A stretch of 63,996 nt of DNA, filler included, from Candidatus Rokuibacteriota bacterium (GTDB lineage Bacteria; JAUVQV01; DATDCY01): the NCBI GenBank assembly GCA_031406795.1. It is 5 parts of 5 records of this genome, joined end to end, with 100 filler letters (N's around TTAATTAATTAA, not from the genome) between each part and the next. Parts side by side here need not be neighbours in the genome. Positions count along the whole stretch, not along the records: positions 26,684 to 41,066 come from JANOHV010000199.1; positions 41,167 to 49,490 come from JANOHV010000205.1; 3 more parts are not named here. One strand, written 5' to 3'. Under the pieces are notes generated by a model. That model had not been told where the DNA came from, did not search any database, and was given only the letters and a program-made list of their open reading frames with translations. Both the position numbers and the translations under genes were made by a program. Each line of letters opens with the position of its first letter. The first letter of the stretch is position 1. Positions 39,449 to 49,590 of the stretch are shown one piece after another.

Positions 39449-41066
39449 ATGGACAAGACCAAACTCGAACTCACCTGGATCGGCAAGGAGAACCGGCCGA
39501 AGCTGGAGCCGCGCATTCTTGTTGAGGACACGGTAAGTCGCATCACGCGCCGTTCCGCGCCGGGAAGAATGACATCTTCGACAACCGGCTCATCTTCGGC
39601 GACAATCTCCTTGCCCTCAAGGCGCTGGAGCAGGAGTTTACAGGGAAGGTCAAGTGCATCTACATCGACCCACCATATAACACCGGGTCGGCATTTGAGC
39701 ATTACGACGATGGTATCGAGCACTCTCTGTGGCTTTCTCTCATAAGGGATCGCTTGGAGCTATTGAAAAGGACGCTCACGGATGATGGTTCAATCTGGAT
39801 CGCTATTGACGATAACGAGTGTCATTCCCTGAAGGTGCTTTGCGACGAAGTGTTTGGGCGAATGCAATTTGTCGCTACCATAATATGGGAGAAGCGCAAG
39901 TCCCGAGAGAATAGGCGGGCATTCTCTTTCAACCACGATTACGTTTTGGTTTATGCAAGGGATAAACAGGCATTTGAAGCAGTCCGAAACCCAATGGAAT
40001 TAAGTGAAGAAGTTTTATCACGCTACAAGAATCCAGACGGCGATACGCGTGGAGCTTGGCAATCTATTTCAGCGTTGGCGCAAGCGGGTCATGCGACAGC
40101 AAGTCAATTTTATACTCTGAAAACACCCTCTGGCAGGGAGTTAGAGCCGCCAAAAGGGAACTGTTGGCGCTATACACAAAGGCGGATGGAGGATGCCGTC
40201 CGGGAAGGACGGATTTGGTTTGGAAAGAAGGGAGATAATGTCCCCCGCATCAAGCGCTACCTGAACGAAAATCCTGATGATGGTCTTACCCCAGAGACAA
40301 TTTGGATTGCCGACGAGGTTAGTACAAACGACGAAGCAAAAAAGGGATTGATCGAACTGCTGCCGAACACACCTGTCTTTGACAATCTCAAACCCGAGGA
40401 GCTTATTCGTCGTATTCTTCATATCGCCACCAACCCCGGCGATCTGGTCCTCGATTCCTTCGCCGGTTCCGGCACAACCGGCGCGGTAGCGCATAAGATG
40501 GGCCGGCGGTGGATCATGGTCGAACTCGGCGGACACTGCCATACGCACATCATCCCGCGCCTGAAGAAGGTCATTGATGGCGAGGACAAGGGCGGCATCA
40601 CCGAGGCCATGGGCTGGAAAGGCGGCGGGGGATTCCGGTACTTCCGCCTTGCGCCGTCGCTCCTGCAGAAGGATGAGTTCGGCAACTGGGTCATCAGCAA
40701 GGAATACAACCCGTCCATGCTTGCCGAGGCCATCTGCAAGCTGGAGGGCTTTACCTACTCCCCCAGCGATACGGCCTATTGGCAGCATGGGCATTCCACC
40801 GAGACCGACTTCATCTACGTGACCACGCAGACCCTCACCCGCGAACAGTTGCAGAAACTCTCCGACGAGGTCGGCGAAGGCCGTTCGCTCCTTGTCATGT
40901 GCGGCGCGTTCCGTGTTGGGGGGGCGACCGGCCGGTCGCCCCTACACGAGCAATTTACGAATCTGACGGTGAAGAAGATACCGAAGGCCGTCCTTTACCG
41001 CAGCGAAAGGGGCCATGACGACTACACCCTGGAGATCAACAACCAGCCCAAGAAAGCGCCGGCAGA
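39449..41066 (+). pseudogene. mod: Type III-like adenine DNA methyltransferase, frameshift near 39530, runs to contig end
   Basis: KLELTWIGKE then frame change to GDNLLALK..IYIDPPYNTG; DSFAGSGTT; AT-richer TRD. Confidence 0.85.
40921..40946. repeat. GTAG-type REP-like palindrome inside mod
   Basis: GGGGCGACCGGCCGGTCGCCCCTAC identical to 3451-3475; encodes GATGRSPL. Confidence 0.85.
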
Positions 41067-41402
41067 NNNNNNNNNNNNNNNNNNNNNNNNNNNNNNNNNN
41101 NNNNNNNNNNTTAATTAATTAANNNNNNNNNNNNNNNNNNNNNNNNNNNNNNNNNNNNNNNNNNNNAGTCGAACCACTACCGTGCGGACAATTTCCCGCT
41201 CACGGTTCAACATGCCGATTACCGTACACAAACACCAAGCGGGTGTCCAGAGACAAATAATGCTGAGCTTTAGTAATTCCTTAGATCAGTGGATGACAGG
41301 GCCCTGCGCGAGACCCACGTCCACCTTGACGCCGGCGCGGCAGCTGGGATATACACCCCGTGGCGGAGGCGCACACATCCGCTGAACCGGGGGGGCAGGC
41401 CG

Positions 41403-42593
41403 ATGGGTCGCGACATCGCCGTTTTCAATGCGGGCTCCTCCAGCATCCGTTTCGCGATCTTCGACCGCGCCCTCGCCGGGGCCGATCCGGCGCCGCGTTG
41501 GCGCGGCAGGGTCGAAGGTGTCGGCCACCGGCGCCACTTCGTTGTCAGCGACGCTGCGGGCAGCCCCGCCGTCGAAGAATCAACGGGCGATCACGCGCGG
41601 GAATTCGACCACGCCGAAGCGCTCGAGCGCATCATCGCCTGGCTCGACGCCTCGGGCGCCGCGGCCGGGTTGGGCGGTATCGGCCACCGGGTCGTGCACG
41701 GGGGCCGCCGCTTCACGGCCCCGGTGGTGATCGCCCCCGACATCCTCGAGGAACTCGACGCGCTCGCGCACCTGGCCGTCCTGCATCAGCCCCACAACCT
41801 GCGCACCATCCGCGCCCTCGCCGCCAGGCTCCCCGGGCTCATCCAGGTCGCCTGCTTCGACACCTCGTTCCACCTCTCGCAGCCGCCCCTGGCGCGCCTG
41901 ATCGCCCTGCCGGCCGAGTGGCGCGAGCGGGGCCTGGAGCGCTACGGGTTTCACGGACTCTCGTACGAGCACGTCGCGGGGGCGCTGCCGGCGCGCCTCG
42001 GGGCGGCGGCGGCCGGACGCGTGATCGTCGCGCACCTGGGCAACGGCGCGAGCCTCTGCGCGCTCTTTGCGGGGGCGAGCGTCGCAACAACCATGGGCTT
42101 CTCCACGCTTGAGGGGCTCGCGATGGGCACCCGCTGCGGCAGTCTCGACCCCGGCGTGCTGCTGCACCTGCTGCGCGAGGGGCTGACGCTCGCGCAGCTC
42201 GAGGACCTGCTCTATCACCGCTCGGGGCTGCTCGGGATCAGCGGCACGAGCCACGACATGCGCGAACTGCTCGCCAGCGCGGACGCGCGCGCCGCTCTGG
42301 CCGTCGAATTCTTCGTCTACCGCATCGCCCGCGAGATCGGTTCGCTCGCCGCGGCGCTCGGCGGGCTCGACGCGCTGGTGTTCACCGCGGGGATCGGCGA
42401 GCATGCGCCGGCGATCAGGGCGCGGGTCATCGAGAGCTGCCGTTGGCTCGACCTGGAACTGGACGAGGCCGCGAACGGCCGCGGCGGGCCGAGGCTCACG
42501 ACGCCGGGGAGTCGGGTCTCGGCCTGGGTGATTCCGACCGACGAGGAGCTGACGATCGCGCGCCACACCGTCCGCCTGCTCGCAGGCAGCTGA
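41403..42593 (+). CDS. ackA: Acetate/propionate kinase
   Basis: NAGSSS, GHRVVHGG, FDTSFH, YGFHGLSY, HLGNGAS, FTAGIGE. Confidence 0.95.
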   Translation: MGRDIAVFNAGSSSIRFAIFDRALAGADPAPRWRGRVEGVGHRRHFVVSDAAGSPAVEESTGDHAREFDHAEALERIIAWLDASGAAAGLGGIGHRVVHGGRRFTAPVVIAPDILEELDALAHLAVLHQPHNLRTIRALAARLPGLIQVACFDTSFHLSQPPLARLIALPAEWRERGLERYGFHGLSYEHVAGALPARLGAAAAGRVIVAHLGNGASLCALFAGASVATTMGFSTLEGLAMGTRCGSLDPGVLLHLLREGLTLAQLEDLLYHRSGLLGISGTSHDMRELLASADARAALAVEFFVYRIAREIGSLAAALGGLDALVFTAGIGEHAPAIRARVIESCRWLDLELDEAANGRGGPRLTTPGSRVSAWVIPTDEELTIARHTVRLLAGS

Positions 42594-42706
42594 TAACGGC
42601 CCATCTGCGGCGTTCCACTCCGCCCGGCTCACTGCGGCGGCCACCAGGCCGCCTCATTCGCCGGATCGTCGTGCGGCCTGCATCTGGACGTGTTGAGCCG
42701 CCTGCG
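42581..42706 (-). repeat. MITE-like element family A
   Basis: CGCAGGC termini; GTCCAGATGCAGG...AACGCCGCAGATGGGCC; contains the ackA stop. Confidence 0.7.
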
Positions 42707-42709
42707 CAG

Positions 42710-43408
42710 TCACACGGGGCCGCGGAGGATCGGGGCGGGCCTGCGCTGCGGTTCCGGTGCGGCGAGCGGCGCCCGCGCGCGGATGCAGGCCGTGAGTTCT
42801 CCCTCGCCGACGCGCCGGAGCAGGTCCCCGAAGCGTTCGCCGCTGACGGCGTTGCGCTGGTAGAAATCGATGCAGCACCCGGCGGCCGCGAGGACGCCGT
42901 CCCGGCTGAAGACGCCGGCCAACTCGGTGCCGAGACGCGGGTGCCGCCCGAGCCGCCCGCCCAGCAGGATCCGCCACCCGCGGCGCACCACCTGGAGCGT
43001 ACCGCTCAGGCAGACCCGACAGCAGCTCCCGCAGCGCACGCACCGATCAGGGTTGATCATCGGCAACAGACCCGGGTGCGTGACGGCGCCTTCGCGGCAC
43101 GCGTGCACGCAGCCCAGGCACTGGTGGCAGGGTTCGTTGGTGAAACCCGGCTCGGCCGCGCCGATCAACCCGAGATCGACGATCTGGGGGCGCGAGCAGG
43201 CGTTCGGACAGTCCGCGATCGCGACGCTGAACTCGTGACGGTGTTTCAGCGTGCCGCCAACGAGTGCGCGCAGGCCGCCGCCGAAATCGCGGCCGCGGAA
43301 GACCTCGTCGAGGTCAGCGGCCAGCGCAGCGTCGGGTGCCGCGCGGTTGACGCACCCCTGCTTGGGCCCCTTGCAGGTCTCGATCCGCCAACCCCTGAGC
43401 TCCTCCAC
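42710..43408 (-). CDS. Nitrite/sulfite reductase 4Fe-4S domain protein with ferredoxin insert
   Basis: CKGPKQGC, DCPNACSRPQ, two CxxCxxCxxxC, GGRLGRHP. Confidence 0.8.
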   Translation of the reverse strand: MEELRGWRIETCKGPKQGCVNRAAPDAALAADLDEVFRGRDFGGGLRALVGGTLKHRHEFSVAIADCPNACSRPQIVDLGLIGAAEPGFTNEPCHQCLGCVHACREGAVTHPGLLPMINPDRCVRCGSCCRVCLSGTLQVVRRGWRILLGGRLGRHPRLGTELAGVFSRDGVLAAAGCCIDFYQRNAVSGERFGDLLRRVGEGELTACIRARAPLAAPEPQRRPAPILRGPV

Positions 43409-43412
43409 GAGG

Positions 43413-43790
43413 CTAGAACGTCAGGCCTTCTCGTTCCATCAGCAGCTCCCCGAGGAATGAGCCGGGTTTGACCGCCGCGCCGAAGGCCAGGTTCGCCGGA
43501 TCCAGGCCGTTCGGCTTGACGCACGACGCGCAAACGTAGACTTTCACGCCGAAGTCGTCGACGAGCGTCTTCAGCAGCGTCTCAACGGACGAGAAGCCGC
43601 CCGGCTTCTGGCGCGCCGCGAGCGTCGCGGCATAGCCGGGCTTCGCCAGCAGCGCGCCCTCGTCCATCAGAAACAGATCGAGCTCGGCATCGAAGGCCTT
43701 CATGTTCGTCGCCAACTGCAGGGCCCCGGCCGGGACGTCGGGCCGGGATTCGGAGGTCATGATGATGAACGCAAACTTCCTGGCTGCCAT
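43413..43790 (-). CDS. DsrE family protein
   Basis: LFLMDEGALLA, VYVCASC. Confidence 0.75.
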   Translation of the reverse strand: MAARKFAFIIMTSESRPDVPAGALQLATNMKAFDAELDLFLMDEGALLAKPGYAATLAARQKPGGFSSVETLLKTLVDDFGVKVYVCASCVKPNGLDPANLAFGAAVKPGSFLGELLMEREGLTF

Positions 43791-43867
43791 AATTGAGTCC
43801 GCCTTCCCGTGGTTGTGCGCTATCTGATGTCGCGCGGCGGCGGTCGTTTCCCGCCGGGTTCTACCGG

Positions 43868-44326
43868 CTACCGCTGCTGATCCGCCGCGCGCGGCTGCAG
43901 GGCCGCCAGGCGCTCGCGCATCTCGCCGATGCGGGCGCGGTTGACCCCGAAATCCGAACGCCCGATCCGTGCCGCCGATCGGACGTGGATCACTCCGGCG
44001 GCCTCGTCGACGAGCAGATCGACGTCGTCGACGAAGCGGAACACCCGGCTCCTGAACTCGGCGTGAAGAAACCGGGGGCCCTCGGCGACGATCCGCGAGC
44101 GCGGCATCGCCAGGATCACCTGCCGGATTGCCGCGAGCCCTTCGGCCGCGGAACCACGCAGCGGCAGAGGCTCCACCCGGTGCGCCGGGTCCCTCTCCCG
44201 GCTGGAGACGCAGTTCGGCGTGCCGGGGCAGGGCTTAAGAGCCGCGCCGGGGGTCGCCGGCTGCTGTGCTCCGGCGCAGCCGGCGCACAGCAGCAGCGCG
44301 GCAACGACGACCCTGCGGCCGATCAC
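43868..44326 (-). CDS. DUF1499 family lipoprotein
   Basis: CPGTPNCVSS, FVDDV, RSAARIGRSDFGVNRAR. Confidence 0.88.
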   Translation of the reverse strand: MIGRRVVVAALLLCAGCAGAQQPATPGAALKPCPGTPNCVSSRERDPAHRVEPLPLRGSAAEGLAAIRQVILAMPRSRIVAEGPRFLHAEFRSRVFRFVDDVDLLVDEAAGVIHVRSAARIGRSDFGVNRARIGEMRERLAALQPRAADQQR

Positions 44327-45972
44327 GAGCCGGATCTCCGCGGCGCAGGTCTGCGCGCGGCGGGTTTTCGTGCGGCGGGCTTGCGGGCACCCGGCTGGTG
44401 TGCGCCGGTTTTCTGCGTGCCGGTCTTGTGGGCCCCGCTCTTTCGCGCCCCGGATTTCTGTGCGCCGGGCTTCCCGGCCGGTTTCTTCGCGGTCGATTTC
44501 TTCGCGACGAACCGCTCGGCGGGCTTGCTGCCGCTGAACTTGCGGTCGAGGGGCTTGCGGGCGTCGGCCTTCAAAGCCTCGCGCTTCGCCGCACCGGGCC
44601 GCTGCTTGCTGCGGAAGCGCAGGACGATCGAGGTGCCGCCGAAACCGAACTGCTCGCGCATCCGGTTCTCGAGGTAGCGCCGGTAGGTGAAGTGCACCCG
44701 CGCGGCGTCGTTGACGAGCACCGCGAACGTCGGCGGCCGCGTCGACTCCTGCGTGATGTAGCCCATCGAGATCTTGCGCCCCCGGAGCGTCGGCGGCTTG
44801 TACTCGCCCACCGCGCGGCGGAAGAACGAGTTGAGCTCGGGCGTCGGAATCTGGCGGGAATACTCGCGGTAGGCGTCACGCGCCAGATCGAGGAGCTTGG
44901 CGGTGTTGCGGCCGCTGAGCGCCGAAGCCAGCAGCACCGGCGCCCACGAGAGATGCTTGAGACCCTCGGCGAGGCGCCGGCGGTACTCGTCGCCCGCCGT
45001 CGGGCCGAGATCGACCAGGTCCCACTTGTTGACGACCACGATGCAGGCTTTCTTCGCCTCGACGATCGCCCCGGCGATGTGCGCGTCCTGGTCGGTCACC
45101 AGCTCAGATGCGTCGAGCACCAGCACGCAGACGTCCGCGCGCCCGATCGCGCGGTTCGACCGCAGCACGCTGTACTTCTCGAGGTCGGCCTGGATGCGGC
45201 CGCGGCGGCGGATCCCCGCGGTGTCCACCAGCACCCAGCGCTCGTCGCCACGCGAGAACGGCGTGTCGACGGCGTCCCGTGTCGTGCCCGGCGTCGCGTC
45301 GACGACGACGCGGTCCTCGCCGAGCAGCGCGTTGACCAGCGACGACTTGCCGACGTTCGGGCGGCCGACGAGGGCGACCCGGACCGGCGCCGCGCCGGCC
45401 TCGGCGGCGCCGGCGGTCCGCGGAAAGGACGTGAGGACCTCGCCCATCACCTCGTCCAGGCCGATCGCGTGTTCCGCCGAGATCGGGAAGACCCGGTCGA
45501 CGCCGAGGCGGTAGAAATCGAGCGCCAGCGGCTCGCGGGCCGGCGTGTCCACCTTGTTGGCGAGCACGAGGACCTTGCCGGAAAATCGCGCAAGCACCGT
45601 GCGCGCCAGCTCCTCGTCGAGCGGCGTCAGCCCCTCGACGGCGTCGGCCACGAACAGCACGATGTCGGCGTCGGCGAGCGCGGCGGCGGCCTGATCGCGG
45701 ATCTTGATCGCCATCGACTCGTCCGAAAACAGGTCGAAGCCGCCGGTGTCGACGATGGTGAAAGGCACCCCGTCCCACTCCGCCACCGCGTACTGGCGGT
45801 CGCGGGTGACCCCGGCCTGGTCATCGACGATGGCCTGGCGCCGCCGCACGAGGCGGTTGAAGAGTGTGGACTTGCCGACATTCGGCCGGCCGATGATGGC
45901 CACGACGGGCAGCCGGGCCGCGGGCGCGGGCGGGCCGGGGGGGGTGGGCGTGGGACGCTCGTCATTGGTCAT
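44323..45972 (-). CDS. der: Ribosome biogenesis GTPase Der with basic C-terminal extension
   Basis: Two GRPNVGKS P-loops, DTGG/DTAG, NKVD/NKWD. Confidence 0.95.
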   Translation of the reverse strand: MTNDERPTPTPPGPPAPAARLPVVAIIGRPNVGKSTLFNRLVRRRQAIVDDQAGVTRDRQYAVAEWDGVPFTIVDTGGFDLFSDESMAIKIRDQAAAALADADIVLFVADAVEGLTPLDEELARTVLARFSGKVLVLANKVDTPAREPLALDFYRLGVDRVFPISAEHAIGLDEVMGEVLTSFPRTAGAAEAGAAPVRVALVGRPNVGKSSLVNALLGEDRVVVDATPGTTRDAVDTPFSRGDERWVLVDTAGIRRRGRIQADLEKYSVLRSNRAIGRADVCVLVLDASELVTDQDAHIAGAIVEAKKACIVVVNKWDLVDLGPTAGDEYRRRLAEGLKHLSWAPVLLASALSGRNTAKLLDLARDAYREYSRQIPTPELNSFFRRAVGEYKPPTLRGRKISMGYITQESTRPPTFAVLVNDAARVHFTYRRYLENRMREQFGFGGTSIVLRFRSKQRPGAAKREALKADARKPLDRKFSGSKPAERFVAKKSTAKKPAGKPGAQKSGARKSGAHKTGTQKTGAHQPGARKPAARKPAARRPAPRRSGS

Positions 45973-45976
45973 GGTG

Positions 45977-46696
45977 TCACTCGTCTCCCTTCGCGGAATG
46001 CTCGCCGACTGCTTCGAGAGCCGCGGCGGCGGCGGCCTGCTCCGCGCTCTTGCGGCTCCAGCCCTCGCCGCGGCCGAGCACCCGCTCTCCCAACCGCGCC
46101 TCGGCCACGAAGAGCGGCCGGTGCGCGGGGCCGCTCTGTTCGACCAGCGCATAGTCGGGGGTCTCCCGGTGGCGCTCCTGACACAACTCCTGGAGCCGCG
46201 TCTTCGCGTCGCCGGCCTGCCCCGCCGCAATCGCCTCGCCGGCCGGACCCCGGAAGATCGCGCAGCAGAGGCGGTAGGCGCTGCGCCAGCCGCCGTCGAG
46301 AAAGACCGCGCCGACCAGGGCCTCGAGCCCCCCCGCGAGGATCGAGGGCTTCTCGCGGCCGCCCGAGCGCTCCTCGCCCCGGCCGAACCAGAGTTGTTCC
46401 CCGAGGTTCAGATCGCGCGCCGCCAGCGCGAGCGACGGTTCGCCGACCAGCGCCGCCCGCATGCGGGTCAGTTCGCCTTCGCGTGCCGCAGGGTGTTCCC
46501 CGGCGAGGTGTCGCGCGGCCGCCAGCCCGAGCACCGCATCCCCGAGAAACTCCAGGCGCTCGTTGTCCTCGGCCTCGCCGGCGGGCCGCTCGGCGACCAC
46601 CGAGCGGTGGGTCAGCGCGGCCGCCAGCAATGCGGGCCGCCGGAAGCGGTACCCGATCCGCTGCTCGAGCGCCGAGTGATCGCCAGCCTGGCTCAG
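45977..46696 (-). CDS. rnc: Ribonuclease III
   Basis: [20 protein letters not shown] dsRBD; start uncertain. Confidence 0.93.
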   Translation of the reverse strand: MSQAGDHSALEQRIGYRFRRPALLAAALTHRSVVAERPAGEAEDNERLEFLGDAVLGLAAARHLAGEHPAAREGELTRMRAALVGEPSLALAARDLNLGEQLWFGRGEERSGGREKPSILAGGLEALVGAVFLDGGWRSAYRLCCAIFRGPAGEAIAAGQAGDAKTRLQELCQERHRETPDYALVEQSGPAHRPLFVAEARLGERVLGRGEGWSRKSAEQAAAAAALEAVGEHSAKGDE

Positions 46697-47958
46697 GGTT
46701 CGAACTTCTTGAAGACGACCGAGGCGTTGGCGCCGCCGAACCCGAACGTGTTGGACAGCACGTTGCGAACCGCGGCCCGGCGCGCCGTGTTCGGCACGTA
46801 GTCCAGGTCGCATTCGGGGTCCGGATGCTCGAGATTGATCGTCGGCGGGATGATCCCGTGCTCGATCGCCAGCACCGAGGCGATGGCCTCGATGCCGCCG
46901 GCCGCACCGAGCAGGTGCCCGGTCATCGACTTGGTCGAGCTGACCGGGACGCGCCAGGCGTGCTCGCCGAAGACCGTCTTGATCGCCTTGGTCTCGATCG
47001 AGTCGTTGAACTTCGTGGAGGTGCCGTGGGCGTTGATGTAGTCGATCTGCGCGGGCGCCAGCCCGGCGGCGCGGATGGCCTGGCGCATGCAGCGCGCGGC
47101 GCCTTCGCCGTCCGGCGAGGGGGCCGTCATGTGGAAGGCGTCGCCCGTCGACCCGTAGCCGCCGAACTCGGCGTAGATCCGGGAGCCGCGCGCGAGCGCG
47201 TGCCCGAGTTCCTCGAGCACGATGACCCCCGCGCCCTCGCCCATCACGAAGCCGTCGCGCTGCCGGTCGAACGGGCGCGAGGCTTTCGTCGGCTCCTCGT
47301 TGCGGGTCGAGAGGGCCTTGAGGGCGTTGAAGCCGCTGATGCCCATCGGCGTGATGGTCGCCTCGCTGCCGCCGGCGAGCATCGCCGTCGCCTGCCCGAG
47401 CTGGATCCAGCGGGCGGCCGAGCCGATGCAGTGATTGCCGGTCGCGCAGGCGGTCACGACGCTCTCGTTGGGCCCCTTGAGCCCGAACTGCATCGAGACG
47501 TAGCCGGGGGCGATGTTGATGATGATCTTCGGGATCGAGAACGGCGAGACGCGCTTCGGGCCCTTCGTCATCAGGACGGTGTGGAACTCCTCGATCGTGC
47601 TCATCCCGCCGATGCCGGCGCCGATGATGCAGCCGAAATCCTCCCCCAGCTGCGGCGTGATCACGATCCCGGAGTCATCGATCGCCATCCGGCTGGCCGC
47701 GACCGCGAACTGCACGAAGCGGTCGGCCTTGCGGGCCTCCTTCTTGTCGAGGTAGCGCTCGGGGTCGAACCCCGGGACCTCGCCCGCGATGGTAGTCTCG
47801 TACCCGGTGGTGTCGAACCGGGTGATCGGCCCGATCCCCGACCTGCCCGCGCACAGCGCCTCCCAGAGGACGCCGGCGCCCTCCCCGAACGGCGAAACGG
47901 CGCCGACCCCCGTGACGACCACGCGCCGAAGGGCGCAGTTGCGTGCTTGTTCGCTCAC
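46693..47958 (-). CDS. fabF: Beta-ketoacyl-ACP synthase II
   Basis: [26 protein letters not shown]. Confidence 0.96.
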   Translation of the reverse strand: MSEQARNCALRRVVVTGVGAVSPFGEGAGVLWEALCAGRSGIGPITRFDTTGYETTIAGEVPGFDPERYLDKKEARKADRFVQFAVAASRMAIDDSGIVITPQLGEDFGCIIGAGIGGMSTIEEFHTVLMTKGPKRVSPFSIPKIIINIAPGYVSMQFGLKGPNESVVTACATGNHCIGSAARWIQLGQATAMLAGGSEATITPMGISGFNALKALSTRNEEPTKASRPFDRQRDGFVMGEGAGVIVLEELGHALARGSRIYAEFGGYGSTGDAFHMTAPSPDGEGAARCMRQAIRAAGLAPAQIDYINAHGTSTKFNDSIETKAIKTVFGEHAWRVPVSSTKSMTGHLLGAAGGIEAIASVLAIEHGIIPPTINLEHPDPECDLDYVPNTARRAAVRNVLSNTFGFGGANASVVFKKFEP

Positions 47959-48027
47959 CCTCGTCCTCCCTGAAAAAAGAGCACCCGCGGCACACCACAG
48001 GCGCCGCGGGCGGTGGCTTCCGGCCGC

Positions 48028-48267
48028 CTACTTCTTGGCGGCGTGCTCGTCGATATACTTGACCGCGTCACCGACGGTGGCGATCTTCTCGGCGTCCTCG
48101 TCGGGGATCTCGATGTCGAACTCCTCCTCGAAAGCCATGACCAGCTCAACCGTATCGAGCGAGTCGGCGCCGAGGTCCTCGACAAAGGCCGACTCCGGGA
48201 CAACCTCGTCGGCATTGGCCCCCAGCTGCTCGACAATGATCTTCTTAACCCGCTCTTCAACGGACAT
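48028..48267 (-). CDS. acpP: Acyl carrier protein
   Basis: [14 protein letters not shown]. Confidence 0.97.
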   Translation of the reverse strand: MSVEERVKKIIVEQLGANADEVVPESAFVEDLGADSLDTVELVMAFEEEFDIEIPDEDAEKIATVGDAVKYIDEHAAKK

Positions 48268-48349
48268 CGCAATCTCCTCCTTGGTTGTTGTGGTCGCACG
48301 CAAAAAAACAAGAATCGCCTATCAGCACAATCGAAACAGGACTAAGCAT

Positions 48350-48499
48350 CATGAGGCACGCCAAAATGCCTCAGGTGCAAGGCGCACAAATTCTGAGGAA
48401 TGAGGCGGGCTGGAGCCCGCCGCATAACCTCCCACTCGCTGCGCTCGCAGGAGGCAAGGAGTGCACCGCCGCAGATGGGGCATTTTCGCGCGCCTCATG
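48350..48499 (+). repeat. MITE-like element family A between fabG and acpP
   Basis: CATGAGGCACGCCAAAATGCCTCAGGTGC...GCAGATGGGGCATTTTCGCGCGCCTCATG inverted ends; contains the fabG stop. Confidence 0.7.
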
Positions 48500-49238
48500 T
48501 GTACAGCCCGCCGTTGACGTGGAGCACCTGCCCGGTGACGTAACCGGCCCCCTCCGAGACCAGGTAGCCGACGGCCGCGGCCACATCCCCGGCCTGGCCG
48601 AGTCTTCCGGCCGGGATCTGCGCGATCAGGGTTTCACGCGCCTTCGCCGGCATGGCCTGCGTCATTGCGGTGTCGATGAACCCCGGGGCCACCGCGTTCA
48701 CGGTGACGCCGCGCGAGGCGACCTCGCGGGCCAGCGACTTGGTCAGCCCGATCAGCCCGGCCTTCGAGGCGGCGTAGTTCACCTGCCCCGCGTTGCCCAT
48801 CGCGCCGACGACGGAGGAGATGTTCACGATCCGGCCCCAGCGCTGCTTGATCAGGCCCGGCACGGCGGCCTTGCAAAAGTTGAAGGAGCCGGTGAGATTG
48901 ACCCGCAGGACCGCGTCCCAGTCCTCGGACTTCATGCGCATGATCAGCCCGTCGCGCGTGATGCCGGCGTTGTTCACCAGCACGTGCAGCGCCCCGGCCT
49001 CGGCGAGGGTCTTCGCGATCGCCTCCTGGGCGAAGGCCAGCGAAGAGACATCCCCGGTGAAGCCGAACGCGCGCCGCCCGGTGGCCGAAAGCTCCGCGAC
49101 GGCGGAGGCCACCCCGTCGGGGTTCAGGTCCACGACGGCGACATCCAGCCCGGCATTGGCCAGCGTGACCGCGATGGCGCGCCCGATCCCCTGCGCGCCG
49201 CCCGTGACAAGCGCGACCCGCGGTTCAATGTTTCCCAT
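48495..49238 (-). CDS. fabG: 3-oxoacyl-ACP reductase
   Basis: TGGAQGIG, NNAGITRD, YAASK. Confidence 0.96.
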   Translation of the reverse strand: MGNIEPRVALVTGGAQGIGRAIAVTLANAGLDVAVVDLNPDGVASAVAELSATGRRAFGFTGDVSSLAFAQEAIAKTLAEAGALHVLVNNAGITRDGLIMRMKSEDWDAVLRVNLTGSFNFCKAAVPGLIKQRWGRIVNISSVVGAMGNAGQVNYAASKAGLIGLTKSLAREVASRGVTVNAVAPGFIDTAMTQAMPAKARETLIAQIPAGRLGQAGDVAAAVGYLVSEGAGYVTGQVLHVNGGLYT

Positions 49239-49490
49239 GTGTCTCGACTACCTCCCCGGGCCGTCCGAACAGCTTTTCCAAGGATTGAACATCCTCCACA
49301 TAATGGCAAACTGCCTTGTTGTCAATCTTTTTCATCAGGCCCGCGAGCACGCGCCCCGGGCCGACCTCGATGAATCGCTCCACTCCGAGGGCCAGAAGCC
49401 GGCGCATCGAGGCCTCCCACTCCACCCGAGAGTAGATCTGGCGGCCCAGAAGTTGTTCGAGCTCATCCTTGCGGCGCACGAGTTTCGCCC
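49225..49490 (-). CDS. fabD: Malonyl-CoA:ACP transacylase, C-terminal part
   Basis: QIYSRVEW, FIEVGPGRVLAGL; upstream of fabG. Confidence 0.85.
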
Positions 49491-49590
49491 NNNNNNNNNN
49501 NNNNNNNNNNNNNNNNNNNNNNNNNNNNNNNNNNTTAATTAATTAANNNNNNNNNNNNNNNNNNNNNNNNNNNNNNNNNNNNNNNNNNNN

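Noticed and set aside
44266-47973. 1235-aa plus-strand ORF (likewise 51738-55373, 1211 aa, and many other overlapping ORFs)
   Set aside because: Antisense shadows of der/rnc/fabF and batA/DUF58 in GC-rich DNA; Arg/Pro/Ala-rich with no motifs.
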